Shown: positions 31,901 to 40,607 of the stretch, in pieces
Layout: each line of letters opens with the position of its first letter
How positions within the stretch are numbered: position 1 is the first letter of the stretch
Source: Dehalococcoidia bacterium
GTDB lineage: Bacteria > Chloroflexota > Dehalococcoidia > Plut-88900
DNA length: 64,000 nucleotides
Assembly: GCA_965207225.1 (NCBI GenBank)
Contig: CBDBLV010000005.1
Coordinates: 1,408,001 to 1,472,000, forward strand
Reading direction: 5' to 3'
Made by a program: the position numbers and the translations under genes
Notes under the pieces: generated by a model
The model's input: only the letters and a program-made list of their open reading frames with translations
Databases searched by the model: none
What the model was told of the DNA's origin: nothing

Positions 31901-34900
31901 TCGCTGCCCTGCAAGACTTGGTCCAGAGACGCTCCGCAGCGCCGAAGTAGACCCAGCTCGTTGGCCCCGTGAGGATGTCTAGTGCTGATTTCATCAGCCA
32001 GCGACTCCGGGTCGGCAAGAGCCTCATCGGGGAGCAGGTCCCCAGCCCCGACCTCGATCTGGAAGCCGTTGATGAAGGGAGATATAACACCCGCCTCCGA
32101 CAACATGCCTAGGAGTCGACCCAGGAGCCGCTGGTGCTCGTTAGCTATCTTCAGCCGCTGGATCAGCTCCTCCTGCGATACCGTTTCACCCGCCTTGCGT
32201 TCCCATCCTAGCCTCTCCAGCGCATTAAGTGCGTAGGACTGGGAAAGCCGCTCCAAATCCTTCAGGAAATCCGCCCTGTCCCGGGATTCGACGCCCTCTT
32301 CAAGTAGATAGTCATTAAAGCTGCGCGATTCTTGGGATAATCTTGCTGGGTCGGCCAGGAAGTCCGCGGGAGGCATGCCTTTGGTAAGGGGTTTTCCCCG
32401 CCAGAGGACTTCGTACAGTATGTCCTTGAGACTATCCCTGGCAGAGAGCAGCGCAGCCCTGGTCGCTCTCTTCGCCGTGTACCCCATCAGGGCGCCAAGA
32501 GGAGCGCCTTCCATGGAGTAGAACCGTACGTCCGCAACGACGGTCTCCGGCGGCCCGACAGATGTCGAGTCCACCCCTCCCCTCGATGCGGGATTCCTCA
32601 GGGTGGAGTGACACAGGATCCTCTCCGGCATGGGCCCGGACACCCACAAACGCTCCCAACCAAACGGGAGGTAAACGGCCCCCTGCTCCACCTTCATCAT
32701 GTGCCGTGCTATCGCCGAGATCTGGAAACAACCATCCAACAGAAGGGGATGCAGCTCTATGCCGGCCGCATCCACGGATTCCTGGAGCGCAAGTTCGCCG
32801 AGGGATTCACCTTCCCTGGCCCAGAGTGCCCTTAGCGAGTGATAGGACGGCCCGAGATGAATCTCACCGCTCCACCTCATCCGGTAGAACGCGTCCGTGT
32901 CCTGCTGCTCCAGTGCATCCTTTATTTCATCCGGGTTGACGGGTGCGAGTTGTTCAGAGTCAGACAGACCTGATGACAGCCTGCCTTCGGCATGAAGCGT
33001 CCAGCCTTCTTCGGTTTCACCTTTGCTGAAAATCTGGAAGCCACGCTCCGATGAATCCGCAGGGGCATCCAGAATTAGCTGCAGTTTGCGGCCTTCCTCC
33101 CTGCCGCCTTCTTCCGACTCTTCGTAGTCGAAGATCAGGGCGCTGTGCATCTGCACGTCATCCACCGTCGCTAAACCTTCGTGTTCGGCTAAGGATGCTG
33201 AAATAGGCATGGCGCCGTAGAGAGCGCCGGGCGCAACTATACGGTCGTAGACGAGGTGGTCCACCAACCAGGCGGGGTCCGACGGGAACATCTCCGTCTC
33301 GAACATCACCTCTCCGCGCGGCGACTCATGCCGAGTCCCCAGAAGAGGATGACCCGCATCCTGCCGTCGGCGCTTCGATGTCTGCACCCAGTGATGCTTC
33401 CGCTGGAACGCGTACGTCGGCAGCGACACACGGCGCCGCTCTTCCCCGCTGAACAGCCCTTCGAACCTGATGGGCAGGCCCGCTTCGTATGCTCCGGCCA
33501 CCGCCGCCACGAAACCGCCTCCCGTGTCTATAACTGGCTCATTCGGGTCCCGAGGCGGACGTCTTAGGCTCTGGAGCACTATAGGAGTGCCACTAGGCGA
33601 CGCCTCGGGCCACGTCATCGACACCACCGGTTCCAGAATCGCATGAGGCCCAAGCTCCACCACAACTTCCACCCCCATCTCTGCCAGCGTCTCGACACAG
33701 CTGCGGAATGCCACAGGCTCCCGCGCGTGGCGTCTCCAGTAGGCGGCATCCATCCGCTCATCTTCTCCGATTGGTCTGCCGTTCAGGTCGCTGATCAAGG
33801 GAACCGAGGGTGCGGGTGGTGTTCCGGCTATCTCTCCAACCGCTGCTGCCAGGTCATCCAGCGCAGGCTCCATCAGGGCGCTGTGATACGCCGGGCTTTT
33901 CCTCAACCGCCTCACCTTGACGTCTTCCGCTTCAAAGATCTCGACTACCGCATCCACGTCCTTGCCCGGCCCGCTCACTACCTGCTGCAGTCCATTGTCC
34001 ACCGCTACGCTCAGCCCGACGTCGTCGGAGTTGGCGTTGTGCTCCTCGACTACCGCCGCAACCCGCGAGGCAGGCGCAAACACCGCCGCCATTGCCCCGT
34101 CTTCTCTCGTAGACCCCAGCAGCGTGCCCCGCGCCGAGGTAAAGCGCAGCCCTTGTTCCAGGTTGAACACCCCTGCCGCCTGCGATGCCGCTATCTCCCC
34201 CAGGCTGTGGCCCACCACAACATCGGGCTTTATTCCCACGCTCGCCCACAGCGCTGTCAGCGCGGCTTCCAGCGAATAGATGGCGGGTTGCGTCCACTTG
34301 GGCTCATCCAACAAGCCTTCGGTCCCATTCCGACCGAACATCACATCCAGCAGCGACACCCCCCGCTCTTCAAAGAGCAAACGGTCGCACTGGTCCAGCA
34401 CCGCCCGGAACACGGGCTCCCTTTCGTACAATTTCTTGCCCATCCCCACCCACTGAGCCCCTTGTCCCGTGAAAACAAAGGCCACCTTGCTTGCGGCTCT
34501 TGTTTGTCTGTCCGAGTCGCCATCACCATCGGCCAGCGACTTTAACGCCTCCCTCAAATGCGCCACTTCGCTGAACACGACTCCTGCGCGATGAGAGAAA
34601 TGGCTCCTCCCCACGGCAGCGGTCCACGCTGCGTCCGCGAGCGCCGCCTCCGTACCCGTCGACTCAGCAGGTATCCCTCCGCCCTGTTCATCCAGCCATG
34701 CCAGGTACTGGGTTGCCATGTCTCGCAGCGCTTCGGGCGATTTAGCTGAAAGCGGCAGGACCCGGGTCTCCCGTTCGCCTCCTTTCTCCAGGTCTCTGCT
34801 AGCCGGTTGACACGGAACGGTCAATTCGGGACCCGAGGGAGGGGCCATAGTGGCCGGGTCTGAACAGACCAACGGCTGCCCATAGCCCTCTACAACTACG

Positions 34901-35334
34901 TGCGAGTTCGTGCCCGACCATCCGAAAGAGTTGATGCCCGAGAGGGGAAGCCTGCCAGAATTTACAGGCCACGCAGTGTTTGTGTCCGTCACACGCACGG
35001 GCAGGTTCTCCCAGTCGATCCGCGGGTTCGGGTCTCTAAAGTTGAGGTGTTTCGGGATAACTCCATGTCTCATTGCCAGAACGGATTTGATTAGGCCCGC
35101 GACACCCGCCGCAGGCCCCAGGTGTCCGATGTTGGTCTTTACAGAGCCAATCAGTAAAGGATTATCTTTTTCGCGCCCCATCCCATAGACCGCCGTCGCC
35201 GCATTCAGTTCGATCGGGTCCCCGACCACCGTCCCCGTGCCGTGCGCTTCCAGGTAGTCCATGTCAGAGGGGCAAATGCGTGCCCGGGCCAGAGCTTCCT
35301 CGATTGCCTTCTCCTGGGATGGTGCGCTGGGCAC
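25906..35334 (-). CDS. supA: Type I polyketide synthase, SupA-like: (KS C-terminal half)-AT-DH-MT-ER-KR-ACP-KS0-AT0; 5' end disrupted
   Basis: HGTGT and KTNIGH (KS1), GHSLGE (AT), DHLVYDRIVAP (DH), LEVGAGTG (MT), LIHAGAGGVG (ER), LVTGGMGGIG (KR), LGMDSL (ACP), second KS with DVACASS/EAQGVG, second AT lacking GHS; followed by ACP, PPTase, hydrolase. Confidence 0.88.
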   Translation of the reverse strand: MPSAPSQEKAIEEALARARICPSDMDYLEAHGTGTVVGDPIELNAATAVYGMGREKDNPLLIGSVKTNIGHLGPAAGVAGLIKSVLAMRHGVIPKHLNFRDPNPRIDWENLPVRVTDTNTAWPVNSGRLPLSGINSFGWSGTNSHVVVEGYGQPLVCSDPATMAPPSGPELTVPCQPASRDLEKGGERETRVLPLSAKSPEALRDMATQYLAWLDEQGGGIPAESTGTEAALADAAWTAAVGRSHFSHRAGVVFSEVAHLREALKSLADGDGDSDRQTRAASKVAFVFTGQGAQWVGMGKKLYEREPVFRAVLDQCDRLLFEERGVSLLDVMFGRNGTEGLLDEPKWTQPAIYSLEAALTALWASVGIKPDVVVGHSLGEIAASQAAGVFNLEQGLRFTSARGTLLGSTREDGAMAAVFAPASRVAAVVEEHNANSDDVGLSVAVDNGLQQVVSGPGKDVDAVVEIFEAEDVKVRRLRKSPAYHSALMEPALDDLAAAVGEIAGTPPAPSVPLISDLNGRPIGEDERMDAAYWRRHAREPVAFRSCVETLAEMGVEVVVELGPHAILEPVVSMTWPEASPSGTPIVLQSLRRPPRDPNEPVIDTGGGFVAAVAGAYEAGLPIRFEGLFSGEERRRVSLPTYAFQRKHHWVQTSKRRRQDAGHPLLGTRHESPRGEVMFETEMFPSDPAWLVDHLVYDRIVAPGALYGAMPISASLAEHEGLATVDDVQMHSALIFDYEESEEGGREEGRKLQLILDAPADSSERGFQIFSKGETEEGWTLHAEGRLSSGLSDSEQLAPVNPDEIKDALEQQDTDAFYRMRWSGEIHLGPSYHSLRALWAREGESLGELALQESVDAAGIELHPLLLDGCFQISAIARHMMKVEQGAVYLPFGWERLWVSGPMPERILCHSTLRNPASRGGVDSTSVGPPETVVADVRFYSMEGAPLGALMGYTAKRATRAALLSARDSLKDILYEVLWRGKPLTKGMPPADFLADPARLSQESRSFNDYLLEEGVESRDRADFLKDLERLSQSYALNALERLGWERKAGETVSQEELIQRLKIANEHQRLLGRLLGMLSEAGVISPFINGFQIEVGAGDLLPDEALADPESLADEISTRHPHGANELGLLRRCGASLDQVLQGSEDPLGLLFSDEGPSAADLYLKAPASRAANQMLADAVAAAVSDLPEDRVLRILEVGAGTGSATTDILPLLPSGRFEYTFTDISAGFFTEAESRLSKTNAPIEYKPLNIEIDPVSQGFDGHGYDLVIAANVLHATRDLGETLAHCRDLLAPSGQMLALEGLRRRAWQDLTFGLLDGWWRFADSYRPEHALATPQTWKQALSDVGYSDVGFIGPVDPYNDEPLGSGVIMARGPSDVALSPGAWVIAADEGGTAAELAAELASRGQSVVLAGVKEGGSHGDSRVSVVEVEATDRESWRSVLEGLSEEVLLKGVVHLAALDGYGASATTGEMAEDVTRVTCSALALAQGIVDAGVMPSEGVWLVTRGAQVLEQEFIDRTTGELAGATLWGFGKVMAGEAAHLQPRLIDLDPRPRDVVSGLVDELLSPDSETNIAYRGGNRLAARLVRGVEDRRLVLPEGTEWGIGPEDPEAGNTVLRTKPRPKQALEPGEVRIAVESMGLNFADMLMSIGAFEYTLEIGREAYGRILETAEDVESFSVGDAVVAVGFSGFTPEMVTKAVLAAPAPEGFPATALATAPICFVTAELAFELSRLKAGERVLIHAGAGGVGLAAIQLAQAVGAEVFATASVGKQAYLRDLGVKHVFDSRQTNFGEQILEATGGKGVHVVLNSLTGEGFIEASLSCLGKSGRFVEIAKRRIYSEEEMSVARPDVDYHILDVDTLKRVESVTPGASLTRVMKRLSAGELNPLPHTVWPLTEIRSAMDVMREARHIGKNVFRMPPLARGTLRDDRSYLVTGGMGGIGCEVARWLAENGATTIVLNGRREPDLEAVEVIKELRESGVYVRVEIADVTDFAAVDEMLARIEEILPALGGVVHSVGVLSDGAIENQTWERFEQVMWPKVLGAWHLHKATIDKDLDMFILFSSVTGVIGNPGQSNHAAANAFLDQLAAHRRMLGLPAQSIAWGAWSGIGEAEEQRDRIERQLESTGAGWIAPQQGIKALDWLVRQDVTTPTVTAVDWSVVTEETEASAPFFEELLVKKRAPARETEEASASSGLLAQLREAPEGERQKVLSAFLQDELKSVMRLGSPPSPTVSFFDLGMDSLMAVELRNRINRALAGEYTASNTVVFDYPNAAALASHLSDGLGALAGSAPNPVQSAPPARPKVRRDEEAIAIVGMACRFPGAPDIDSFWRQLESGGNAVTEGRLDSGSWEGVLGDPAADDPIVRRGAFVEGIDLFDSRFFKISPIEARMMDPQQRMLLETSWQALEDAGIDAEGLKGSRTGVYAGVGGSEYRDLISTRGQEYSYAGTNGSLTVGRVAFALGLEGPAMPIDVACASSLAAVHQAVVGLQRGEVDMALAGGVNAILSPKVSKFFNDLGVLSASGQCYAFDAAADGFVRGEGCGMIVLKRLSDAEADGDRIWGVVLGTAVNQNGVSAGLMAPNGPAQERVMQDALSRADVAASDIDYLEAQGVGSQFGDPIELNAVAEVYGKGRAEARPLYVGSVKTNIGHLEWASGVASLIKTVLAMRRRVIPRHLNFKDPNPHVDWDRLDVQVTSEAVDWPACPEKPPLAAVNSFGLSGANAHVVVGGYESAETDNRQSWPVGPAQPVKVDGQPIGQGGLKERGTRLLPLSGKTPEALRELAQRYAGFLDERDGELSAGGAILADITWSAGVGRSHFSHRAGIAFSNVDQLQEGLAAVANGDNGRGDREVPEMLKAAFVFTGENDGRLGLGRDWFETEPVVREVLDRCNEIFLKEQGLSLLNLMSERAEGSADPVLAQVAVYALECALAALWRSLGVSPGAVVGDGLGLISAAQAAGVLDLVDGLRIVASVAEIQSISANGDNAESLANAVAAANFSLPTVPIVNGATGQVIESGEAPGVEFWKVERQKLARAEGCAKMLAELGVVSVIAMGAGDTLEDSIRDAWPVSWEGSETPGQPVVLTSFCDAPDGNAGFMKAVAKAYESGLDLAFTGLFAGEARRRVPLPGYPFQRRRHWVDAPRLTI

Positions 35335-36004
35335 CGTAAGCCCCTGGCTCGCGCCGTCCTGGTTAACCGAGGTACCCCTGATGACGCCCCAGATGCGGTC
35401 TCCATCGGCCTCCGCCTGACTGAGAAGCTTGAGGACTACAAGCCCACACCCTTCGCCACAGACAAATCCGTCGGCCGATGCATCGAATGTCCAGCATTAG
35501 CCCGTGGGGGACAACATCCCGGCATTTGCGCGCAATTCCAACGGGCGACCCGCCAGGAATATATGGACCCCGCCGGCAATGGCCAGATCGGTATCATTTC
35601 TCTGCAACCCCGCCACCGCCTGGTGGATTGCAACCAGCGAGGATGAGCAGGCCGTGTCAATCGCCATCGACGGCCCTTCCAGCCCCAGCGCGAACGAGAC
35701 GCGGCCTATGGCCGTGTTCAAGGCAGTTCCCGTAACTGCATAGAGCCCGCCCGCAGCTTCCACACTCTCAGGAGAGTTGATTACCATCTCCCGGTAGTCG
35801 TAGTTGCTGATGCCTGCGTAGACCCCCGTACGGCTTCCCTTGAGGCTCTCGGGGTCTATGGCCGCGTCTTCCAGTGCTTGCCAGCTCACCTCCAGCATCA
35901 TGCGCTGCTGGGGGTCGAGCATCTGGGCCTCGATTGGTGAAATGCGGAAGAACTCAGCATCGAACTGGTCCAGGTCTTCTATGAACGCTCCGTAGCGGAG
36001 CGCG
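35335..36004 (-). pseudogene. N-terminal part of the PKS KS1 domain, interrupted by an in-frame TAA at 35497-35499 and missing its first ~55 aa
   Basis: Reads ALRYGAFIEDLDQFDAEFF..DPQQR..DTACSSSL..MLSPTG*CWTFDASADGFVCGEGCG.., in frame with the 3142-aa ORF. Confidence 0.85.
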
Positions 36005-39000
36005 CTGAAGCTGTAGATGTTCTGGTCGTCGTCTCCTACGGCAAACAGGTTCAATCGCTGGTCGTGGTCCATCTTGGTGCGTCCCGCCAGGGCTGAAATG
36101 AGCCTGTACTCCAGTTCCTTGATATCCTGATATTCGTCCACCAGGATCCATCGGAATCCGGCCAGCAGCCTTTCTCGCAGCTCGTCTCCTTCATCGGGCC
36201 CCGCGTTCCTTCCTTCAAGCAGGTCTATGGCCTCCTTAAGGACGTCGTCGAAGATGGTCTGCTGTCTGGCCTCGCCCTGGTCGACGGAACCAGCGAAGGT
36301 GGACCCCGCCAGGCGCATGGCGAGGGCGTGACAGGTGAGGACCGTCACCCCGGCGGCATCTTCTCCGATCAGGTCGTGAAGGCGCTGCCGAATCTGAACG
36401 GCCGCGTGCCGGTTGTACGCCAGTGCTAGGATGGACCTGGGGTTTTCTCTCCTTGCGCGAACCAGGTAGGCTATGCGGTGAACCAGCACCCTGGTCTTGC
36501 CCGAACCGGGCCCGGCCAATACGAGAACGTTGGCGTTCTGCCGGTTGTCCGTAACGATGGCACGCTGAATCCTGCTGTTCAGACTATCGACGATCCTGCG
36601 CCAGGACTCCGGTGTGGTCTGCCTGCCCAATTCGTGCTTTTTTTCGGACAGCCATTTGTCCAGGAAACGCTCCCTCGACAAGCTGAAGTAGTCCAGGGTC
36701 AGGCGCACGGCGTCGGCCACGGATGCCAGGCCCTTCTCCGCATACTCGGCCATGATGTGGATCTGCAGGGTCTGCTCGGCATAGTGGATCTGCAGGGGCT
36801 TGAAGTGGGACTGGAGAAAGCGGCCTTGATCCTTCTTCAGGCGGATGGTCATGGCTGACCTAAAGACCGACATTCCCCTGTTGAGGCGCAAGACCTCCTG
36901 GTCGTGCAGCCACAACAGGGCCTGCCGCAGGAGGCGGTCTGCGTCGACTGACCTGTCAAGCAACTGGCCAAAAGTCAGGGCTTCGGTTAGCTGGCCCACC
37001 GTGGTTTCCACCAGCAGATCGGCACCCCGTGCGCCCCTGTCCAGCTTTGAAAGCAGGTGCCTAAGAACCGAATCTGCGGCCTGGCGCCTTCGGAGGGAGC
37101 TGTCCCTTACCGAACTCCAATCCGTGAGCAGTGTTATGTGCATCACCTCGTTCCCGCCAGTGCGCACACGCATGTTCGTCCTGTTTTCGCCCTTCTCGAG
37201 TCCGTCTCCGGCGATGCTCTTCAGGCTCCGTTGCACGAGGAGGGGCAGAGCGTTCTTGTGACCCCCGTGCTTCAGGCGCTGGCTGGCCTCCCGCAGGTAG
37301 AGGGGCACGGTCTCATCCCTGTCCAGGTGTGGGGCCTGTTCCTGCAGCAGCCTTATCAGCTCCTCTTCCATAGCCGCAGCCTGGGAGAAACGCTCCAACG
37401 ATGGACGATGCACGCCCTGATGAACGTAGGCCGTTAGAATGGTGTCGTCGGAGACCAATCCCAGCCGGGCCAGGTCAGCCATCGCCTTCCGCACGCCCCC
37501 GACGGTGAGGCCGGTGATGCCGCCAAGTTCGTCGGTGGTTATGCCTTCGTCGCTGGCGGCATTGATCAGTCGCCGCAGAATCTGGACTAGCTGCTGCCTG
37601 TAGGTGAATTCGAGATTCCGATCGCCTTGTAATGCTCTACGGGCCTCCTCTATGGACCGGACCTGGAGGGAGGCGGGGAAGACCCTCACCTCGTTCTCGT
37701 GACGCGAGAGAAACTCCGCCTCTTCCAGCCAGGAGACGGCCGTCCTCACCCTGGTATCGTCGGTGGCCGTGTCCCTCTCGAAGTCCTGCTCCTCGTCCTT
37801 GAGGAGGATCTCCCCGGATGTGGCGACGACCTCTCCGTCAGTCCTCTTCCTGCGGTCCAGCTTCTTAAGGGCCCTGAGAACGGCGTTGATCTCGTGCTGG
37901 GCGAGGCGGGACCTGGCCGTCATCCGGTGCTGTCTCTCGATGTCCTGGTCGGCATAAAGGAGGACACAGTGGGCGGCATCGTTGTCACGGCCCGCCCGGC
38001 CCGCCTCCTGCAGATAGTTCTCCAGCGAACCCGGTATGTCCGCATGGACTACCAGCCGGACGTCGGGCTTGTCGATGCCCATGCCGAAGGCGTTGGTGGC
38101 GGCGATGGCCCTGAGCCTTCCGTCTATAAAGTCCTCCTGTACCTGCTTCTTCCTCTCCGGGGTCAGCCCGGCGTGGAAATGCTCCGCCTGGATCCCCTTG
38201 CTCGCGAGGTACTCGGCGGTCTTCTCGGCGTTTTTTCTTGTGGCACAGTAGACGATGGCTCCACCCTCCAGGTCACCGGGCAGGTAGCTCTCGATAACAG
38301 AGTGCAGGTGGGCCAGCCTGTGGGTCTCGGTGGTCTGGATCACAGCGAACTGCAGATTGGAGCGCTCCGTACCACCGTCTTCCACGTCCAGGTCGACGTT
38401 TACGGTCTCCCGGAAGTAGTCGACGATCTCCCGCCTTACGTCCGGCTTGGCGGTGGCGGTGAGGCAGAGGACGGGTGGGGGCTCTCCTCCATCCCGATGT
38501 CGATCTATAAAGCGCCCGATGTAGCGGTAGTCGGGCCGAAAGTCGTGTCCCCACTTTGAAAGGCAGTGGGCCTCGTCCAGGACCCATGCACCGATCTGCC
38601 TCTGGTCCAGTGCGTTCCTCAGCGACCTGCTCCTCAACTGCTCCGGCGAAATGAGCAGGATAGAGGCCTCTCCCAGCCGCACCTTGTCCAGGGCACTCCT
38701 CCTCTCCGGCATGGAGAGGAGACCGTTGACTGTAACGCAGGAGGTCACACTCCGCTTCTCCAGGTTTGCCACCTGGTCCGCCATGAGCGCAACCAGCGGC
38801 GAAATCACCACCGTAAGGGAGCCCGCCTTGTCGTACCGGGAAAGGGCCGGCACCTGGTAGCAGACAGACTTGCCCGCGCCCGTGGGAAGCACCGCCAAAA
38901 GATGCCGGCCCAGCATGGCCTTCTCGACAATCTTTTCCTGGAGTGAAACACCCTGCTCGTCCGCGGGCTCGGCCTTGAACTTATCGAAGTCGAACCACCG

Positions 39001-39861
39001 CTTAAGCTCCCTTGTAGGGTCGTGACGCTCCCGGCACCAGCCGCACTCCGGCCGCTGACATGGGCTGTCCCGCAGCCTCTTGACCATTTCGCCGGCCTGG
39101 GGGAACTGGAACAGCACCCATGGCGGCATCACTGAGTTTGTTCCGGCCACCGACAGCCAGGCGAGCACGTAGGCCAGGGGCCATTCCTGCTCCTCAACTT
39201 CGCCCAGGACCGACCGGGTGTAGATCTCGCAGCCCTGTCCCTCAAGCCTCCTCCGTATTGCCCCTTGCGCCTCGTCCAGTGTAGGCCTTATGGCGCGCCT
39301 CAAGGTCGAGAATACCAAGTCAAACCCGGCGCCGTCCTTACCCCCGGTCAGCCAGTGCCAGGCAGTGAGCAAGTTGGGCGGAGCGTCCGCCAATTCCTTT
39401 AACTGGTACGCGAAGGCCTCCGCGGCAAGCTTGCTGTCCAGCAGGGGATCGTTGAGCCCCCTTCGGACCAGCCCTCCGTCCTTGTAGTGCTTGACCAATC
39501 GGTGATAGGGGTGTTTGGGGAAGGCGAGGGGGTTGAGACGGAGGCTGTCCACAACCGGCATTTCGAGGAGCTTCAGGTGGGGATTCAGGGCCTTGAGATG
39601 GGGAATATCGAAAGCGATTACGTTATGGCCGAGTAGGAAGGACGCGCCCTCCGCGAGCCGATCGAACCGCTCGAGGTCACTGCCTTTGGGCCGGTCGGAC
39701 ATGGAGAGGGAGGCGTCGGTGTCTGGGCGGAAGGCGGCCGCTTGGAGGAGAGTACCGTCGTCGGTGGAGACCTCCAGGTCCAGGGATAGGCATCGACGAA
39801 GGGCCGGGTAGGGTACTTGGGGGATGGCGGGTTGACTTCGCTTGTTCGACGGGTTCTGCAA
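35497..39861 (-). CDS. Exonuclease-like/RecQ-family helicase/UvrD fusion protein, truncated after UvrD motif III and fused to a KS fragment
   Basis: N-terminal SLDLEV..GHNVIAFD; RecQ LPTGAGKSVCYQ, DEAHCLSKWGHDFRPDY, TATA, AFGMGIDKPDVR, QEAGRAGRD; UvrD AGPGSGKT, VDEYQD, VGDDDQNIY. Confidence 0.85.
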   Translation of the reverse strand: MQNPSNKRSQPAIPQVPYPALRRCLSLDLEVSTDDGTLLQAAAFRPDTDASLSMSDRPKGSDLERFDRLAEGASFLLGHNVIAFDIPHLKALNPHLKLLEMPVVDSLRLNPLAFPKHPYHRLVKHYKDGGLVRRGLNDPLLDSKLAAEAFAYQLKELADAPPNLLTAWHWLTGGKDGAGFDLVFSTLRRAIRPTLDEAQGAIRRRLEGQGCEIYTRSVLGEVEEQEWPLAYVLAWLSVAGTNSVMPPWVLFQFPQAGEMVKRLRDSPCQRPECGWCRERHDPTRELKRWFDFDKFKAEPADEQGVSLQEKIVEKAMLGRHLLAVLPTGAGKSVCYQVPALSRYDKAGSLTVVISPLVALMADQVANLEKRSVTSCVTVNGLLSMPERRSALDKVRLGEASILLISPEQLRSRSLRNALDQRQIGAWVLDEAHCLSKWGHDFRPDYRYIGRFIDRHRDGGEPPPVLCLTATAKPDVRREIVDYFRETVNVDLDVEDGGTERSNLQFAVIQTTETHRLAHLHSVIESYLPGDLEGGAIVYCATRKNAEKTAEYLASKGIQAEHFHAGLTPERKKQVQEDFIDGRLRAIAATNAFGMGIDKPDVRLVVHADIPGSLENYLQEAGRAGRDNDAAHCVLLYADQDIERQHRMTARSRLAQHEINAVLRALKKLDRRKRTDGEVVATSGEILLKDEEQDFERDTATDDTRVRTAVSWLEEAEFLSRHENEVRVFPASLQVRSIEEARRALQGDRNLEFTYRQQLVQILRRLINAASDEGITTDELGGITGLTVGGVRKAMADLARLGLVSDDTILTAYVHQGVHRPSLERFSQAAAMEEELIRLLQEQAPHLDRDETVPLYLREASQRLKHGGHKNALPLLVQRSLKSIAGDGLEKGENRTNMRVRTGGNEVMHITLLTDWSSVRDSSLRRRQAADSVLRHLLSKLDRGARGADLLVETTVGQLTEALTFGQLLDRSVDADRLLRQALLWLHDQEVLRLNRGMSVFRSAMTIRLKKDQGRFLQSHFKPLQIHYAEQTLQIHIMAEYAEKGLASVADAVRLTLDYFSLSRERFLDKWLSEKKHELGRQTTPESWRRIVDSLNSRIQRAIVTDNRQNANVLVLAGPGSGKTRVLVHRIAYLVRARRENPRSILALAYNRHAAVQIRQRLHDLIGEDAAGVTVLTCHALAMRLAGSTFAGSVDQGEARQQTIFDDVLKEAIDLLEGRNAGPDEGDELRERLLAGFRWILVDEYQDIKELEYRLISALAGRTKMDHDQRLNLFAVGDDDQNIYSFSALRYGAFIEDLDQFDAEFFRISPIEAQMLDPQQRMMLEVSWQALEDAAIDPESLKGSRTGVYAGISNYDYREMVINSPESVEAAGGLYAVTGTALNTAIGRVSFALGLEGPSMAIDTACSSSLVAIHQAVAGLQRNDTDLAIAGGVHIFLAGRPLELRANAGMLSPTG

Positions 39862-40304
39862 AGCGGCTGGGAGCTCCAGTTGATGGCTGGCAGCGGGGAA
39901 GTCTACGGGACTATATCACATGGGTACTCGTACAGCTGCTCGGTGGGCTGCCTATCACAGGATGCGATGGCGATGCATTCGAGAGTCCGGCGTGTATTCC
40001 AGATCAAGCCATAGCTATAAAACTTCAAAATAGCCCAATTGGCGACGGGGCTTCAAACAAATAATGTCAGGCAATTATACATGCTCCAATATATTGACGG
40101 TACCACTTTGTATTCATGTCATAGTGTGCACGATGTAAAATGCGTACATCGTGGTTTCCGGACCACCATAAAACGGAGATGACAAACAGGCACTCTGACC
40201 ATCTATTGCACTACAAAGAGACTTCGCGAACGGAAGAGCATGGAAGGACAAGTAGTGCGCATTGACTGTAGAACCCTAGCGTATTGAGTTGAGGGCCAAG
40301 TGAA

Positions 40305-40607
40305 ATGCAGGACGATTACAAGCATAAAGCGATCTCGCTGCTAAAGGCGGCTAGTTCGCCATGTGGACTTAGCGAATATCCTGATGATTTTTGGGCAGAC
40401 AGAGAAGATGAACGATCGATACTGACTGAACTTCACAAGAGAGGATACATAGAGGGGAATTACGCGACGCTCTATGGGAGGAACTACTTGGGAGAATTGA
40501 CAGCACGGAAGAAAACGTGGCTCAAGAAGAATTGGCATCCGATAGCTACGTTAATTGTGGGTGGGATTGCAATCTTCTGGCCGGTTCTTGCTCAACAGAT
40601 TTTCTAA
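40305..40607 (+). CDS. Hypothetical protein with a C-terminal transmembrane helix
   Basis: 100-aa ATG ORF ending WHPIATLIVGGIAIFWPVLAQQIF. Confidence 0.5.
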   Translation: MQDDYKHKAISLLKAASSPCGLSEYPDDFWADREDERSILTELHKRGYIEGNYATLYGRNYLGELTARKKTWLKKNWHPIATLIVGGIAIFWPVLAQQIF

